Made by a program: the position numbers and the translations under genes. Below, in pieces: positions 30,926 through 41,087 of a stretch of 64,000 nt of DNA (position 1 is the stretch's first letter; every line of letters begins with the position of its first letter). Source of the DNA: Gammaproteobacteria bacterium (GTDB lineage Bacteria > Pseudomonadota > Gammaproteobacteria > Eutrophobiales > Eutrophobiaceae); NCBI GenBank assembly GCA_965115915.1, contig OZ220483.1, positions 1,211,067 to 1,275,066 on the forward strand. Direction: 5' to 3'. Below the pieces are notes generated by a model, which did not search any database, had not been told where the DNA came from, and saw only the letters and a program-made list of their open reading frames with translations.

Positions 30926-31765
30926 TCAATCCAATCGCAGAGAAAAATCTATGGCCCGGATATGCTTGGTGAGCGCGCCAACAGAGACCTCGTCTATTCC
31001 AATGCTGGCAAGCCGCGCCAAATCCTGCTGACAGACATTGCCTGAAACCTCCAGCCTTGCCTTTCCAGCATTGATCCTGACCGCTTCACGCAAGGCATCC
31101 TCCGACATGTTATCCAACATGATGTGAACCGCGCCTGAATCCAGCGCCTGCTGAAGTTGTGACAGATTTTCCACCTCGATCTGCACTGGCACCTGGCAGT
31201 CTTTTGCCAGACTCAAGCCGGGTTCGACCCCACCCCAGGCACGAATATGGTTTTCCTTGATCAGACACAGATCATACAGGCCCATGCGATGATTCTCCGC
31301 GCCACCACAGCGTACCGCATATTTTTGGGCAAGACGCAAACCCGGGAGGGTCTTTCGGGTATCAGTCAAACGTAGCCCACTGTTTCCAGGAAGCTGCTGC
31401 ATCCAGGCTGCCACCGCGGTAGCAGTCCCCGACAGCGTCTGCAGAAAATTCAGCGCGGTCCGTTCCGCACTCAACAATGCTCTGGTCAAGCCACTCAGGC
31501 GACAAACCAACTGGTCCGCAGCGACGGCATCCGCATCCTTGACCCGCCAATGTATCTGACAATCCGGATCCAATGTCCGAAAACAGGCGGAAAACCACGC
31601 TTGCCCACACAATATCGCAGATTCTCGACATATCAAGCTCGCTGTGCCGCATGCATCCTCTGGCAACAGCGTGGAGGCAACATCACCACTGCCAATATCT
31701 TCCTTCAAGGCTTTGGAAACATCCGCTTGAATCTGTTCCGACGATGGTAACCCGGTAACGTTCAT
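30926..31765 (-). CDS. nadC: nicotinate-nucleotide diphosphorylase (quinolinate phosphoribosyltransferase)
   Basis: ORF 30926..31777. Start MNVTG at 31765 forms an ATGA overlap with the upstream symporter stop. Motifs: LKEDIGxGD, ERTALNFLQ, DTRKTxPGLR, KYAVxxGG and IMLDN. Confidence 0.94.
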   Translation of the reverse strand: MNVTGLPSSEQIQADVSKALKEDIGSGDVASTLLPEDACGTASLICRESAILCGQAWFSACFRTLDPDCQIHWRVKDADAVAADQLVCRLSGLTRALLSAERTALNFLQTLSGTATAVAAWMQQLPGNSGLRLTDTRKTLPGLRLAQKYAVRCGGAENHRMGLYDLCLIKENHIRAWGGVEPGLSLAKDCQVPVQIEVENLSQLQQALDSGAVHIMLDNMSEDALREAVRINAGKARLEVSGNVCQQDLARLASIGIDEVSVGALTKHIRAIDFSLRLD

Positions 31766-33111
31766 GGCATCCCGCACGAGGAACCCGACAGATATTTTTT
31801 GCTGAGGCTTACAACCAGTGGACTAAGTAACAACAGCGCAATCAGATTTGGCAACGCCATCAGGCCATTCATTATATCCGCAGCGAGCCATACCGCTTTG
31901 ACATCGCTTGTAGCACCAACCAGTACCACCAACACCCATAAAAGACGGTACGGTTTTATAACCAGTGTGCCAAACAAAAACTGGGCACAGCGTTCACCAT
32001 AATAACTCCAACCCAACAATGTGGTCAGTGCGAACAGGCACATGCAAATACTGACAATCATATCACCCGTCTCACCAAGAACACTGGAAAACGCGACCGA
32101 GGTCAACACCGCTCCATTCGCCCCGCTCTCCCAGCTATTGGTGAGGATAATAACCATCGCCGTCATGGTGCATACAATCAATGTGTCTATAAAAGTCCCC
32201 AGCATTGCAATCATGCCCTGTTGCACCGGTTCACGGGTTTTGGCGGCGGCATGAACTATGGCCATGCTCCCCAAACCCGCCTCATTTGAAAAAATACCTC
32301 GAGCCAAACCAAAACGAATGGCCTGGGCCACCGTTGCGCCAACAAAGCCTCCCGTTGCCGCACTGCCATTGAAGGCATCATGGATTATCAGTGCAAACGC
32401 GGCAGGCACTTTCCCTATATGCAGCACAATCACCACCGTTGCAGAAAATATATACAGCAACGAAATGAATGGCACCATGCGAGCGGCAACAACACCAATA
32501 CGCCGTATGCCACCAATAATGACAACAGCGGTCAGCATGGCCAACACCGCGCCACTGGCGATATCCGGGACATCAAAATTATCCTGCAGAACGCTGGCAA
32601 CAGAATTGGCTTGAACCATATTGCCAATGCCAAAGGCCGCCACTGTGCCAAACAACGCAAAACTCGTTCCCAGCCAATGCCAGTGCCTGCCAAGACCCTT
32701 GCTGATATAATACATTGGTCCACCAACGTAGTTCCCATTGGCGTCTTTCTCACGGAAGCGTACCGCAAGCACTGCCTCGGTGTATTGTGTGGCCATTCCA
32801 AACAGGGCGATACACCACATCCAGAATATTGCTCCAACCCCACCGAGATGAATGGCCGTAGCCACACCAGCAATGTTGCCTGTGCCAAGCGCGGAGGCCA
32901 ATGCCGCCATCAGGGCATGCCTTGGGGGAATGTCTCCTTCATCAGTGTCTGATGAACGGGACGTACAAAACAAAGCGACCGATTTGGACAGATAACGCCA
33001 TGGCAAGGCGCGCAAACGCAGGGTGAGAAAAACACCGACAAAGCTCAATAACGGGATGAGCAGATATGGCCCCCAGATCAGTGTGGCGATCCGTTCCAGT
33101 AGTACTTCCAT
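31762..33111 (-). CDS. alanine/glycine:cation symporter (AGCS family)
   Basis: 449 aa polytopic protein; LATxxGTGNIAGVATAI, GGPMYYI and FSNEAGLGS motifs of sodium:alanine symporters. Confidence 0.9.
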   Translation of the reverse strand: MEVLLERIATLIWGPYLLIPLLSFVGVFLTLRLRALPWRYLSKSVALFCTSRSSDTDEGDIPPRHALMAALASALGTGNIAGVATAIHLGGVGAIFWMWCIALFGMATQYTEAVLAVRFREKDANGNYVGGPMYYISKGLGRHWHWLGTSFALFGTVAAFGIGNMVQANSVASVLQDNFDVPDIASGAVLAMLTAVVIIGGIRRIGVVAARMVPFISLLYIFSATVVIVLHIGKVPAAFALIIHDAFNGSAATGGFVGATVAQAIRFGLARGIFSNEAGLGSMAIVHAAAKTREPVQQGMIAMLGTFIDTLIVCTMTAMVIILTNSWESGANGAVLTSVAFSSVLGETGDMIVSICMCLFALTTLLGWSYYGERCAQFLFGTLVIKPYRLLWVLVVLVGATSDVKAVWLAADIMNGLMALPNLIALLLLSPLVVSLSKKYLSGSSCGMP

Positions 33112-33306
33112 TGATCTCCCTGTTCTAGCCTGACCGGAAAGTCAGCGGATGCCTGAAAAACGCATTGCTATCGGATATCAAACCCGCTAACGGCACACGC
33201 AACGCTTCGCCAAAGCCAGGATACGACGGACGCATATCCCGGGGCTCACGTCGTACTGAAAAACGACCATACACAAGGGTTCGTCCGGATATACCGACCC
33301 GATGAT

Positions 33307-33906
33307 TCATGGGACAGGCAACTCCGGACCTGCGCCACGCCCCTCCAGTTGCAGCACCAGTGTATCTCCTCTCTTTTCCCAATCCACATGTCTGAGAAAA
33401 TTCATTCCTATCAGGACAAAATCATCACTCATCCCGGGCATGACAACGGCGCGAATATCCCGTATCCGGATATTGCCCACCTGTACACTATCCAGTGCGG
33501 TAGAGAAACCCTCAACCGTCCCACCCGCAGTCTCCGCCAGCATGCGAGGACCAAAAGCGAGACCCAATCGCTCCGCCAAGCGTGCCGACAAGGCCATGCT
33601 ATTGGCCCCGGTATCTACCAGACCCGCCAGCTGCCTGCCATTGATCAGTACCGGGACCATATACTGGCCTGCCCTGTTGCGCTTGAGTACAACCGGGGAA
33701 AGCTCCCCCGGCCCCATTTTCACAACATGCCGGTTCGGATGGTTGCGCCTCTCCAGATACGCATCAAACAGCCAGGTCAATATGCCCAATGCCAGCAGGC
33801 ACGCGAACAGACTCATGCGCATCCCCAACCGACCTGGTCCGGAAAAATTATCCGCAGACATGCTGGAAAAGTGTCGTGTGACTTCCAACAAACCGAATCG
33901 GGTCAA
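33307..33906 (-). CDS. membrane-anchored retropepsin-like aspartic protease (TIGR02281-like)
   Basis: 199-aa ORF; the start may be Met16 or Met29. One TM (LFACLLALGILTWLF), then NGxxxxxLVDTGANSMAL (DTGA active-site motif) and LIGMNFL. Confidence 0.8.
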   Translation of the reverse strand: MTRFGLLEVTRHFSSMSADNFSGPGRLGMRMSLFACLLALGILTWLFDAYLERRNHPNRHVVKMGPGELSPVVLKRNRAGQYMVPVLINGRQLAGLVDTGANSMALSARLAERLGLAFGPRMLAETAGGTVEGFSTALDSVQVGNIRIRDIRAVVMPGMSDDFVLIGMNFLRHVDWEKRGDTLVLQLEGRGAGPELPVP

Positions 33907-34264
33907 TCACTTACACCTCCCCCCTCCACAGTCCATCTGCCACAGCAGACCCGGAAACAGTACAGCAAACCCGGACCGCAGGCAGCTTAAGTCCCGCAGG
34001 GCGGCAGGGATTCCATCATAAATGGTATTCACATTGCTTGCAAAATATGCCAGCATTCGGCTTGTAGTGAGTCCGTGCTGCCACCATGGTAACTGTCCGG
34101 TATCTTGCAGGTGCAAGACGACCAGGCCAAACCATGACCGGGATGAGCCCGTCCGCACCGTAAAGGTATCATCCTCTCCGGATAGTTGCCGGCAGAACAC
34201 ACTTTATCAACAGACATCGACTACGGAACGATAGCGGCTACTTTCCGGCAATTACCTGTCACAC

Positions 34265-34369
34265 ATGAAAATGAAAACCATCATATTGCTCGCCGGATGT
34301 CCTGCTGCAAACCCGCTTCCCCAATACCGGAACCAGAACAATCGTACCATAGCATCAGAGTGGAGTTGA
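34265..34369 (+). CDS. candidate 34-aa lipoprotein-like small ORF (speculative)
   Basis: Manual translation: MKMKTIILLAGCPAANPLPQYRNQNNRTIASEWS*. It has a canonical lipobox L-A-G-C after a basic n-region, and the TGA stop is 2 nt before the clpS ATG. Weaknesses: no clear SD and a very short h-region. Below the ORF-track size cutoff. Confidence 0.25.
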   Translation: MKMKTIILLAGCPAANPLPQYRNQNNRTIASEWS

Positions 34370-34371
34370 AC

Positions 34372-34704
34372 ATGTCAGAAAAATCGACCTCCGGAAATGG
34401 ACATGATGAATTCGTGGCCATAATCATCGAGGAGGAACGTCCCAAACTGAAACGACCTCCGTTGTATAAAGTAATACTCATCAACGATGATTACACGCCA
34501 ATGGAGTTTGTTGTTCGCCTGCTGGAAAAATTTTTCAACCTGTCACAACCAACAGCAACCCAAATCATGCTGGAAGTCCACCAGAACGGGAAAGGCGTAT
34601 GTGGCGTGTTCACCCACGAGATTGCAGAAACCAAGGTCAATCAGGTCAACCAGTATTCACGTTCTCACGAACATCCATTACTGTGTGTGATGGAAAAAGC
34701 ATGA
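34372..34704 (+). CDS. clpS: ATP-dependent Clp protease adaptor ClpS
   Basis: Start MSEKST at 34372 within ORF 34186..34704. PPLYKVILINDDYTPMEFVV..Q.MLxVHxxGxxVCGVFTxEIAETK is the ClpS core. Confidence 0.94.
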   Translation: MSEKSTSGNGHDEFVAIIIEEERPKLKRPPLYKVILINDDYTPMEFVVRLLEKFFNLSQPTATQIMLEVHQNGKGVCGVFTHEIAETKVNQVNQYSRSHEHPLLCVMEKA

Positions 34705-34720
34705 ACTGGAGAGATACCTG

Positions 34721-36988
34721 ATGTTTGATGATGAACTGGAGCATAGTCTGAGCCTCGCCTGCAGAAACGCACAGCGACGCCATCATGAATTTGTCACTGT
34801 TGAGCACCTGCTTCTGGCCCTGCTTGATAATCGCAGTGTGAGCATGATACTGGAGGCCTGTGGCGCCGACATGGATATTCTTCGCACTGAGTTGGAAAAT
34901 TTCATTGATCAGAACTTTCCCACCATTCCAGAGCAAAAAGAACGCGCCAACATGGAAACAACACTGGGTTTCCAGCGTGTCCTGCAACGTGCCATCCTGC
35001 ATGTAAAATCCTCCGGTTACAAGGAAGTCACCGGGGCCAACGTTCTGGTTGCCATCTTCGGAGAAAAAGAATCCTATGCCGCCTACTTTCTTAATCAACG
35101 ACATATTACCCGTCTTGATGTGGTCAATTTTCTATCGCATGGGACAACTATCAGGACCGAGGAAGAAACCGGCCCCGTTGACGAGGAATCGGAACACGCA
35201 TATGGCAAAAAAACCGCTGCAAAGCACAGCTACCTGAAGGAATTCGCCACCAACCTCAACGATATGGCACTTCAGGACAAGGTTGACCCCCTGTTTGGCC
35301 GTGAGCACGAACTGGAACGTACCATGCACATACTGTGCCGGCGGAGAAAAAACAATCCCATCTATGTCGGGGAACCCGGTGTGGGGAAAACCGCTCTCGC
35401 CGAAGGACTTGCCCGACGTATCGTGGAAAAAAGAGTGCCCGAAATGCTGGGTGACGTGACTATTTTTGCCATGGATCTCGGTGCATTACTGGCCGGAACA
35501 AAATATCGGGGAGATTTCGAGAAACGCCTGAAAGGGGTCATCACCGAGTTACACGCCCAGCAAGGGAAACCCATACTGTTCATCGATGAGATTCATACCA
35601 TTATCGGTGCGGGGGCCACCTCTGGCGGAGTAATGGACGCCTCAAACATCATCAAGCCCCTGCTTGTGGACGGTGATATTCGCTGCATCGGCTCAACCAC
35701 TTACCAGGAATATCGCGGCATATTTGAAAAAGACCGGGCACTGGCACGCCGCTTCCAAAAAATTGACGTCAGTGAACCCGATATTAATGAAACCACCCGT
35801 ATCCTCAACGGCCTCAAGCCGCGTTTCGAGGAGCACCACGGGGTTAGATATACTCATTCCGCGTTACGCATGGCAGCCGAGCTGGCCTCGCGCCACATAA
35901 ACGACTGCTTTCTGCCAGACAAAGCCATAGACGTTGTCGATGAAGCAGGCGCCATGCAGCACCTGTCACCTGCATCACGGCGCAAAAAAGTGATCCGCAT
36001 CTCCGATATCGAACGCACTATCGCGAGGATGGCGCACATACCGGTAGCTGCAATCAACGTTTCAGAAAAGAAAGTGCTGCGCAATCTGGATCGAAATCTC
36101 AAACTGCTTGTTTTCGGGCAGGATCACGCCATTGACGCCCTGGCAACTTCCATTCGCCTGGAACGCTCCGGCCTGGGGGAAAAACATCAACCCGTTGGTG
36201 CCTTTCTGTTTGCCGGTCCGACCGGCGTAGGCAAAACCGAACTGGCAAAACAGCTTGCCTATCTATTGGGCATAGCACTGGTGCGTTTTGACATGTCGGA
36301 ATACATGGAACGGCATACTGTTTCCCGCCTGATTGGCGCACCACCAGGATACGTAGGCTATAACCAGGGAGGATTATTGACCGAGGAGATAAACCGCAAT
36401 CCGCACTCGGTACTACTGCTTGATGAAATGGAAAAGGCACATCCGGATGTGTTCAATCTTCTGTTACAGGTAATGGACCACGGTACCCTGACCGATACCA
36501 ACGGGCGAAAGATAAACTTCCGCCACGTCATCATCATTATGACAACCAATGCAGGAGCGGAACACCTCAGCCGGAACTCCATGGGCTTTGCTGTGCAAGA
36601 CCATCAGGGGGATGCGATACATGAGATTAATCGGGTCTTCTTGCCGGAATTCCGCAACCGCTTGGGTGGTATCATCGAATTCAACCACCTTGACAAACGC
36701 ACTATCCTCAGCGTGGCAAACAAGTTCCTGCTCGAACTGGAAGAACAGTTGACCCGCAAGAAGATAAGCCTGGAGGTCAGTGACACGGCAAAACACTGGC
36801 TGTGTGAACATGGCTACAATCCGGTTATGGGCGCACGACCGATGCATCGACTGATCCAGGACAAGATCCGCCAGGTGCTTGCCAATCAACTGTTATCCGA
36901 CAAACTGGGCAAAGGTGGGCGTGTCATTGTGGATGTCGCCGATGACGAGTTGACGGTAGACACCCACATGGACGCACTGGCCGATTAA
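34721..36988 (+). CDS. clpA: ATP-dependent Clp protease ATP-binding subunit ClpA
   Basis: 755 aa; Clp N-domain, two AAA+ modules (GEPGVGKTA and GPTGVGKTE Walker A), and no ClpB-type middle domain. Confidence 0.97.
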   Translation: MFDDELEHSLSLACRNAQRRHHEFVTVEHLLLALLDNRSVSMILEACGADMDILRTELENFIDQNFPTIPEQKERANMETTLGFQRVLQRAILHVKSSGYKEVTGANVLVAIFGEKESYAAYFLNQRHITRLDVVNFLSHGTTIRTEEETGPVDEESEHAYGKKTAAKHSYLKEFATNLNDMALQDKVDPLFGREHELERTMHILCRRRKNNPIYVGEPGVGKTALAEGLARRIVEKRVPEMLGDVTIFAMDLGALLAGTKYRGDFEKRLKGVITELHAQQGKPILFIDEIHTIIGAGATSGGVMDASNIIKPLLVDGDIRCIGSTTYQEYRGIFEKDRALARRFQKIDVSEPDINETTRILNGLKPRFEEHHGVRYTHSALRMAAELASRHINDCFLPDKAIDVVDEAGAMQHLSPASRRKKVIRISDIERTIARMAHIPVAAINVSEKKVLRNLDRNLKLLVFGQDHAIDALATSIRLERSGLGEKHQPVGAFLFAGPTGVGKTELAKQLAYLLGIALVRFDMSEYMERHTVSRLIGAPPGYVGYNQGGLLTEEINRNPHSVLLLDEMEKAHPDVFNLLLQVMDHGTLTDTNGRKINFRHVIIIMTTNAGAEHLSRNSMGFAVQDHQGDAIHEINRVFLPEFRNRLGGIIEFNHLDKRTILSVANKFLLELEEQLTRKKISLEVSDTAKHWLCEHGYNPVMGARPMHRLIQDKIRQVLANQLLSDKLGKGGRVIVDVADDELTVDTHMDALAD

Positions 36989-37000
36989 CGCCTGGACACC

Positions 37001-38698
37001 TTGCGAAACCACCTTCAAGTGAAGCGAAAACTCAACCGCTACAGTGCGCAAATCACACAACCCCGATCACAAGGGGCGTCTCAGGCCATGCTGTACGGTA
37101 CCGGACTGCAACCCGAGGACATGGACAAGCCACAGATCGGGATTTCCAGCGTGTGGTATGAAGGGAATACCTGCAACATGCATCTGCTGAAACTGGCGGA
37201 AAAAGTCAAGGAAGGGGTACACCGGGCCGGCATGATCGGAATGCGCTTCAATACGATTGGGGTGAGTGATGGCATCGCGATGGGTACCCAGGGAATGAGC
37301 TACTCGCTGCAGTCTCGCGATCTGATCGCAGACTCGATAGAAACGGTGATGCACAGCCAATGGTACGACGGAAACATATCTCTGCCTGGCTGCGACAAAA
37401 ATATGCCAGGCTGCCTGATGGCTATGGGCAGAGTCAATCGGCCCGCTCTGATGATCTACGGCGGCACCATAAAACCGGGATTCAGACACGGGGAAAAGCT
37501 CGACATTATCTCGGCATTTCAAAGTTACGGGGAATACATTGCCGGCAATATTGATGACGCGACCCGGGTCGAAATAGTGAAAAACGCCTGCCCCGGAGCT
37601 GGTGCCTGTGGTGGCATGTATACTGCAAACACCATGGCTGCGGCGATCGAGGCGATGGGAATGAGCCTGCCATACAGTTCATCCACGCCGGCAGTAGACA
37701 CAGGCAAACAGGAAGAATGCCTGCGTGCTGGCGCTGCGTTGCGGAACCTGCTGGAACAGGATATCAAACCGCACGATATCATGACCCGCGAGGCATTTGA
37801 AAACGCCATGACATTGGTAACGGTACTTGGCGGTTCAACCAATGCCGTGCTGCATCTGATCGCGATGGCGAAATCCGTGGATGTGCCACTTGAGTTGGAC
37901 GATTTTCAACGTATCAGTGATCGCACTCCCTATCTGGCCGACCTCAAACCCAGCGGCCAGTATGTCATGGAAGACCTGCACAAGGTCGGTGGCACTCCGG
38001 CAGTATTGAAACTGCTACTCGAACACAAACTGATCCATGGTGACTGTCTGACCGTAACTGGCAGTACACTCGGTGAAAATCTGGAGGCGGCCGACGGACT
38101 TGACCCCGGACAGCATATTATCCATTCGCTGGAAAAGCCGCTGAAGCCTACCGGCCATATACGCATACTCAGAGGCAACCTGGCCCCCGAGGGTGCGGTG
38201 GCAAAGATCACTGGCAAAGAAGGCGAGCGTTTCCATGGGCCCGCCCGCTGCTTCGACTCCGAAGAAGCCATGCTCGAAGCGCTGGAGGCAGGCAAAATCC
38301 AGCGTGGCGAGGTAATCATCATCCGTTATGAGGGACCCAAAGGCGGCCCCGGTATGCCGGAGATGCTGACCCCTACCTCCGCCATAGTAGGGGCTGGCCT
38401 GGGCGAACACGTGGCCATGATCACAGATGGCCGTTTCTCTGGCGGTTCGCATGGCTTCATCGTTGGCCATGTGGTGCCTGAAGCACAGGAAGGCGGCCCC
38501 ATCGCGCTGGTGCGCGATGGGGATACGATCAGGCTGGATGCGCATACAAACCGCATCGATATCGATATAGACGAAGACGAACTGGCACGGCGCAGGGCGG
38601 CATGGCAGGCACCACCACCAAAGGCCACCTGTGGCACACTGCGCCGTTATATCAATACTGTCCGACCCGCCAACGAAGGCTGTATCACTGACGCATGA
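37001..38698 (+). CDS. ilvD: dihydroxy-acid dehydratase
   Basis: 565-aa ORF opening at TTG 37001; GTG at 37019 is equally possible. [23 protein letters not shown], CDKNMPG and GRFSGGSHG motifs of the short IlvD type. Confidence 0.94.
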   Translation: MRNHLQVKRKLNRYSAQITQPRSQGASQAMLYGTGLQPEDMDKPQIGISSVWYEGNTCNMHLLKLAEKVKEGVHRAGMIGMRFNTIGVSDGIAMGTQGMSYSLQSRDLIADSIETVMHSQWYDGNISLPGCDKNMPGCLMAMGRVNRPALMIYGGTIKPGFRHGEKLDIISAFQSYGEYIAGNIDDATRVEIVKNACPGAGACGGMYTANTMAAAIEAMGMSLPYSSSTPAVDTGKQEECLRAGAALRNLLEQDIKPHDIMTREAFENAMTLVTVLGGSTNAVLHLIAMAKSVDVPLELDDFQRISDRTPYLADLKPSGQYVMEDLHKVGGTPAVLKLLLEHKLIHGDCLTVTGSTLGENLEAADGLDPGQHIIHSLEKPLKPTGHIRILRGNLAPEGAVAKITGKEGERFHGPARCFDSEEAMLEALEAGKIQRGEVIIIRYEGPKGGPGMPEMLTPTSAIVGAGLGEHVAMITDGRFSGGSHGFIVGHVVPEAQEGGPIALVRDGDTIRLDAHTNRIDIDIDEDELARRRAAWQAPPPKATCGTLRRYINTVRPANEGCITDA

Positions 38699-38752
38699 GC
38701 GTGGTGTGGCAAAGCACCGCTCCCGTGCCCCGCCCGCAACCCTGCCGCTTCC

Positions 38753-39379
38753 CTAACCCATGGTCTTTCTGTACCGCTGATAAAAATTCAGCACCTTGCG
38801 TACATAACGCTGTGTCTCCCGATATGGCGGGATACGATTGCCATAGGACTTGACAGCGTTTTCACCGGCATTGTATGCGGCCAGTGCAAGTCTCAGGTCG
38901 TTGTCGAACAGACCCAGCAAATAACTCAGATAGCGCACCCCGGCTCGCATATTCTGCGACGGGTCACGGCGGTTGCTGACACCATAATTACGTGCTGTCT
39001 CCGGCATCAGTTGCATCAAACCCATGGCACCAGCACTGGAAACCGCATTCGGATCATACGATGACTCGGCAGTAATCACCGCATGTACCAGGGTATGCGG
39101 GATATTAAACTGCCGTGCCAGGCGGCGTATCTCCTGATCAAAACGTTTCTGATTTGCACGCCAGTCGAAGGCCTTGCCCGAAGCTGAAGGTCGCTTCCTT
39201 ATCGGGTTATGCTCCACCCAACCCCTGGAGCCAGTCAGATACATCTTCGAGGCGTTATTCCCGAGCGGCCGATCGGAAAAGGATTTTCTGCCATATTTAT
39301 CCTCATGCAGATACACCTCCGCCGCACTGACCGCCGACAGCCAAACAAACCACAACAGTAATGTCCCTATCCCCTTCAT
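38753..39379 (-). CDS. lytic transglycosylase (SLT domain) with an N-terminal DUF4124-like segment
   Basis: ORF 38753..39415. Probable start MKGIGTLLLWFVWLSAVSA (signal peptide) at 39379. Motifs: ITAESSYDPNAVSxAGAMGLMQLMPxTA and AAYNAGExAV. Confidence 0.88.
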   Translation of the reverse strand: MKGIGTLLLWFVWLSAVSAAEVYLHEDKYGRKSFSDRPLGNNASKMYLTGSRGWVEHNPIRKRPSASGKAFDWRANQKRFDQEIRRLARQFNIPHTLVHAVITAESSYDPNAVSSAGAMGLMQLMPETARNYGVSNRRDPSQNMRAGVRYLSYLLGLFDNDLRLALAAYNAGENAVKSYGNRIPPYRETQRYVRKVLNFYQRYRKTMG

Positions 39380-39492
39380 GGCCGATATTATAACCGGACA
39401 CCCACACTCGGACATAGCACTTCTTCCTTAAGACCATGATCCCTTTATAAATAAATAAAAACATTTGGAATCATTATTATAACAGATATATT

Positions 39493-39987
39493 TCAACCTA
39501 ATCCTCGAGCAAACAGATGCAACGCGGCCGCGGTAACAAGGCCCGCCAGCAAATCATCCAGCATGATGCCAAAGCCGCCCGCCACCTTTTTATCGACCAG
39601 CCGGATAGGCCAGGGCTTGACGATATCCAGCACTCGGAAAATGACGAAACCCGCGAGTATCCATTGCCAACCCGTCGGGACCAGACTCATGCCCGCCAGA
39701 TATCCCACGACCTCGTCCCAGACGATCGCACGATGGTCATGGCAACCCAAACGCTGGCTGGTGTAGTGACAGATGCCGATACCCGCCAGAAACAGGATCG
39801 CGACCACGGCCAGATACTGTGCCGCAGGCAGTGTGCACAATGGCACATACAGCGCAACACCTGCCAATGTCCCCAGCGTACCTGGGGCCACCGGCGACAG
39901 ACCACTACCAAATCCAAGCGCAAGGCAATGCACCGGATGCAACAGCAACCGGACGGGTATTTTCTGTTCCGTTTTCTTGTCATCCAT
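39493..39987 (-). CDS. pgpA: phosphatidylglycerophosphatase A
   Basis: 164 aa; GFGSGLSPxAPGTxGTL and DIxKPWPI..D motifs. Confidence 0.92.
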   Translation of the reverse strand: MDDKKTEQKIPVRLLLHPVHCLALGFGSGLSPVAPGTLGTLAGVALYVPLCTLPAAQYLAVVAILFLAGIGICHYTSQRLGCHDHRAIVWDEVVGYLAGMSLVPTGWQWILAGFVIFRVLDIVKPWPIRLVDKKVAGGFGIMLDDLLAGLVTAAALHLFARGLG

Positions 39988-40056
39988 ATGCCAACCAATG
40001 TATCATACCGTTAGCGTTTTCCCCTTTATCCATCAACTCGGAAACAGATCCTCACC

Positions 40057-40971
40057 ATGCAAAAAAGTCTCATATCCTTTTGGCGTACTCTGTGCACACT
40101 GTCTCTGGCAGGCTGCCTGACGACGGTGGCACAGGCCGCTATCGTGGAAGAAGCGATTATCCATACGCTGGAAGCTCAACATGCACAGCCAGGTGCCATT
40201 GCACGTGCTGTGGAAGCGGCGTCGCTCACCTCTCTGCTGAACACCGCCCTGAACGGTGACCACCGCAGCGCGAAGAATCGTGCCCGTGATATCTACCGCC
40301 ATCCGCGCGAAACCCTGGAATTTTTTGGCCTGCAACCAGATATGAAGGTGGTCGAGATCCTGCCTGGACGCGGCTGGTATACCGAGCTCCTGGCACCGAT
40401 ACTGCGCGAAAACGGCACACTGATCCTGGCCAGTCACGGGGCGAAAAACCGTTCGGATTACCTGCGCAACATGCATGACACTTTTGTACAGCACCTGCAA
40501 GCACGTCCCGAGCTTTATGACAAGGCGGTTGTCACCCCGTTCCGGGACAGGCAGACCTACCTGTCCGAAGTCCCTGATGCGTCACAAGACATGGTGCTCA
40601 ATTTCCGCAACACACATAACTGGATCCGCTTCGGCGGCATAGAAGCGGCGTATCAGGCGATGTATCGCGTATTGAAACCGGGTGGCATCCTCGGGGTGAT
40701 CCAACACCGGGCAAAGGCGGGCGCAGACCCTGAAAACAGCGCCAAACAAGGCTACGTGCCGGAGAGTTGGCTGATTCGATTGCTGGAAGACACGGGTTTT
40801 GAACTGGTCGAGAAGACGGAATTGAACGCCAACCCAAAGGATACCCGGGAACACCCGGAGGGGGTGTGGACCCTGCCCCCCTCACTCAGGCTGGGAGCTC
40901 AGGACCGTGAAAAGTATCTTGCCATTGGCGAAAGTGACCGCATGACACTGAAATTCATGCGCCTCCCCTGA
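40057..40971 (+). CDS. signal-peptide-bearing class I SAM-dependent methyltransferase (COG4798-like)
   Basis: 304 aa; N-terminal SLAGCLTTVAQA signal or lipobox-like segment, VVEILPGRGWYTELLAP (motif I-like), and LKPGGILGVIQHR. Confidence 0.7.
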   Translation: MQKSLISFWRTLCTLSLAGCLTTVAQAAIVEEAIIHTLEAQHAQPGAIARAVEAASLTSLLNTALNGDHRSAKNRARDIYRHPRETLEFFGLQPDMKVVEILPGRGWYTELLAPILRENGTLILASHGAKNRSDYLRNMHDTFVQHLQARPELYDKAVVTPFRDRQTYLSEVPDASQDMVLNFRNTHNWIRFGGIEAAYQAMYRVLKPGGILGVIQHRAKAGADPENSAKQGYVPESWLIRLLEDTGFELVEKTELNANPKDTREHPEGVWTLPPSLRLGAQDREKYLAIGESDRMTLKFMRLP

Positions 40972-41087
40972 AAAGTGCTGGCGGTCGCCGAGGCCTGCCT
41001 GCAAACTTGTTTCGTTGTGCGGGCTGCGGCCAGAGCCGTCCTCCTGATGTGGGGCATTGTTGACAGCGCTCGGAACAGCGACCAACG

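Noticed and set aside
33112-33306. Glycine riboswitch in the 195-nt leader of the alanine/glycine:cation symporter
   Set aside because: I wrote out the minus-strand leader. The conserved glycine-aptamer cores (GGAGAG...CACCGAAGGGGCAA-type) are absent, and only short generic hairpins are present.
33907-34264. Housekeeping ncRNA (RNase P RNA, SRP RNA or 6S) in long spacers (33.9-34.3 kb, 19.24-19.6 kb, 44.4-44.8 kb)
   Set aside because: I scanned for the universally conserved cores, such as GAGGAAAGUCCGGGC and ACAGAACCCGGCUUA for RNase P and the GGAA/AGCA SRP domain IV. Only chance partial matches were found.
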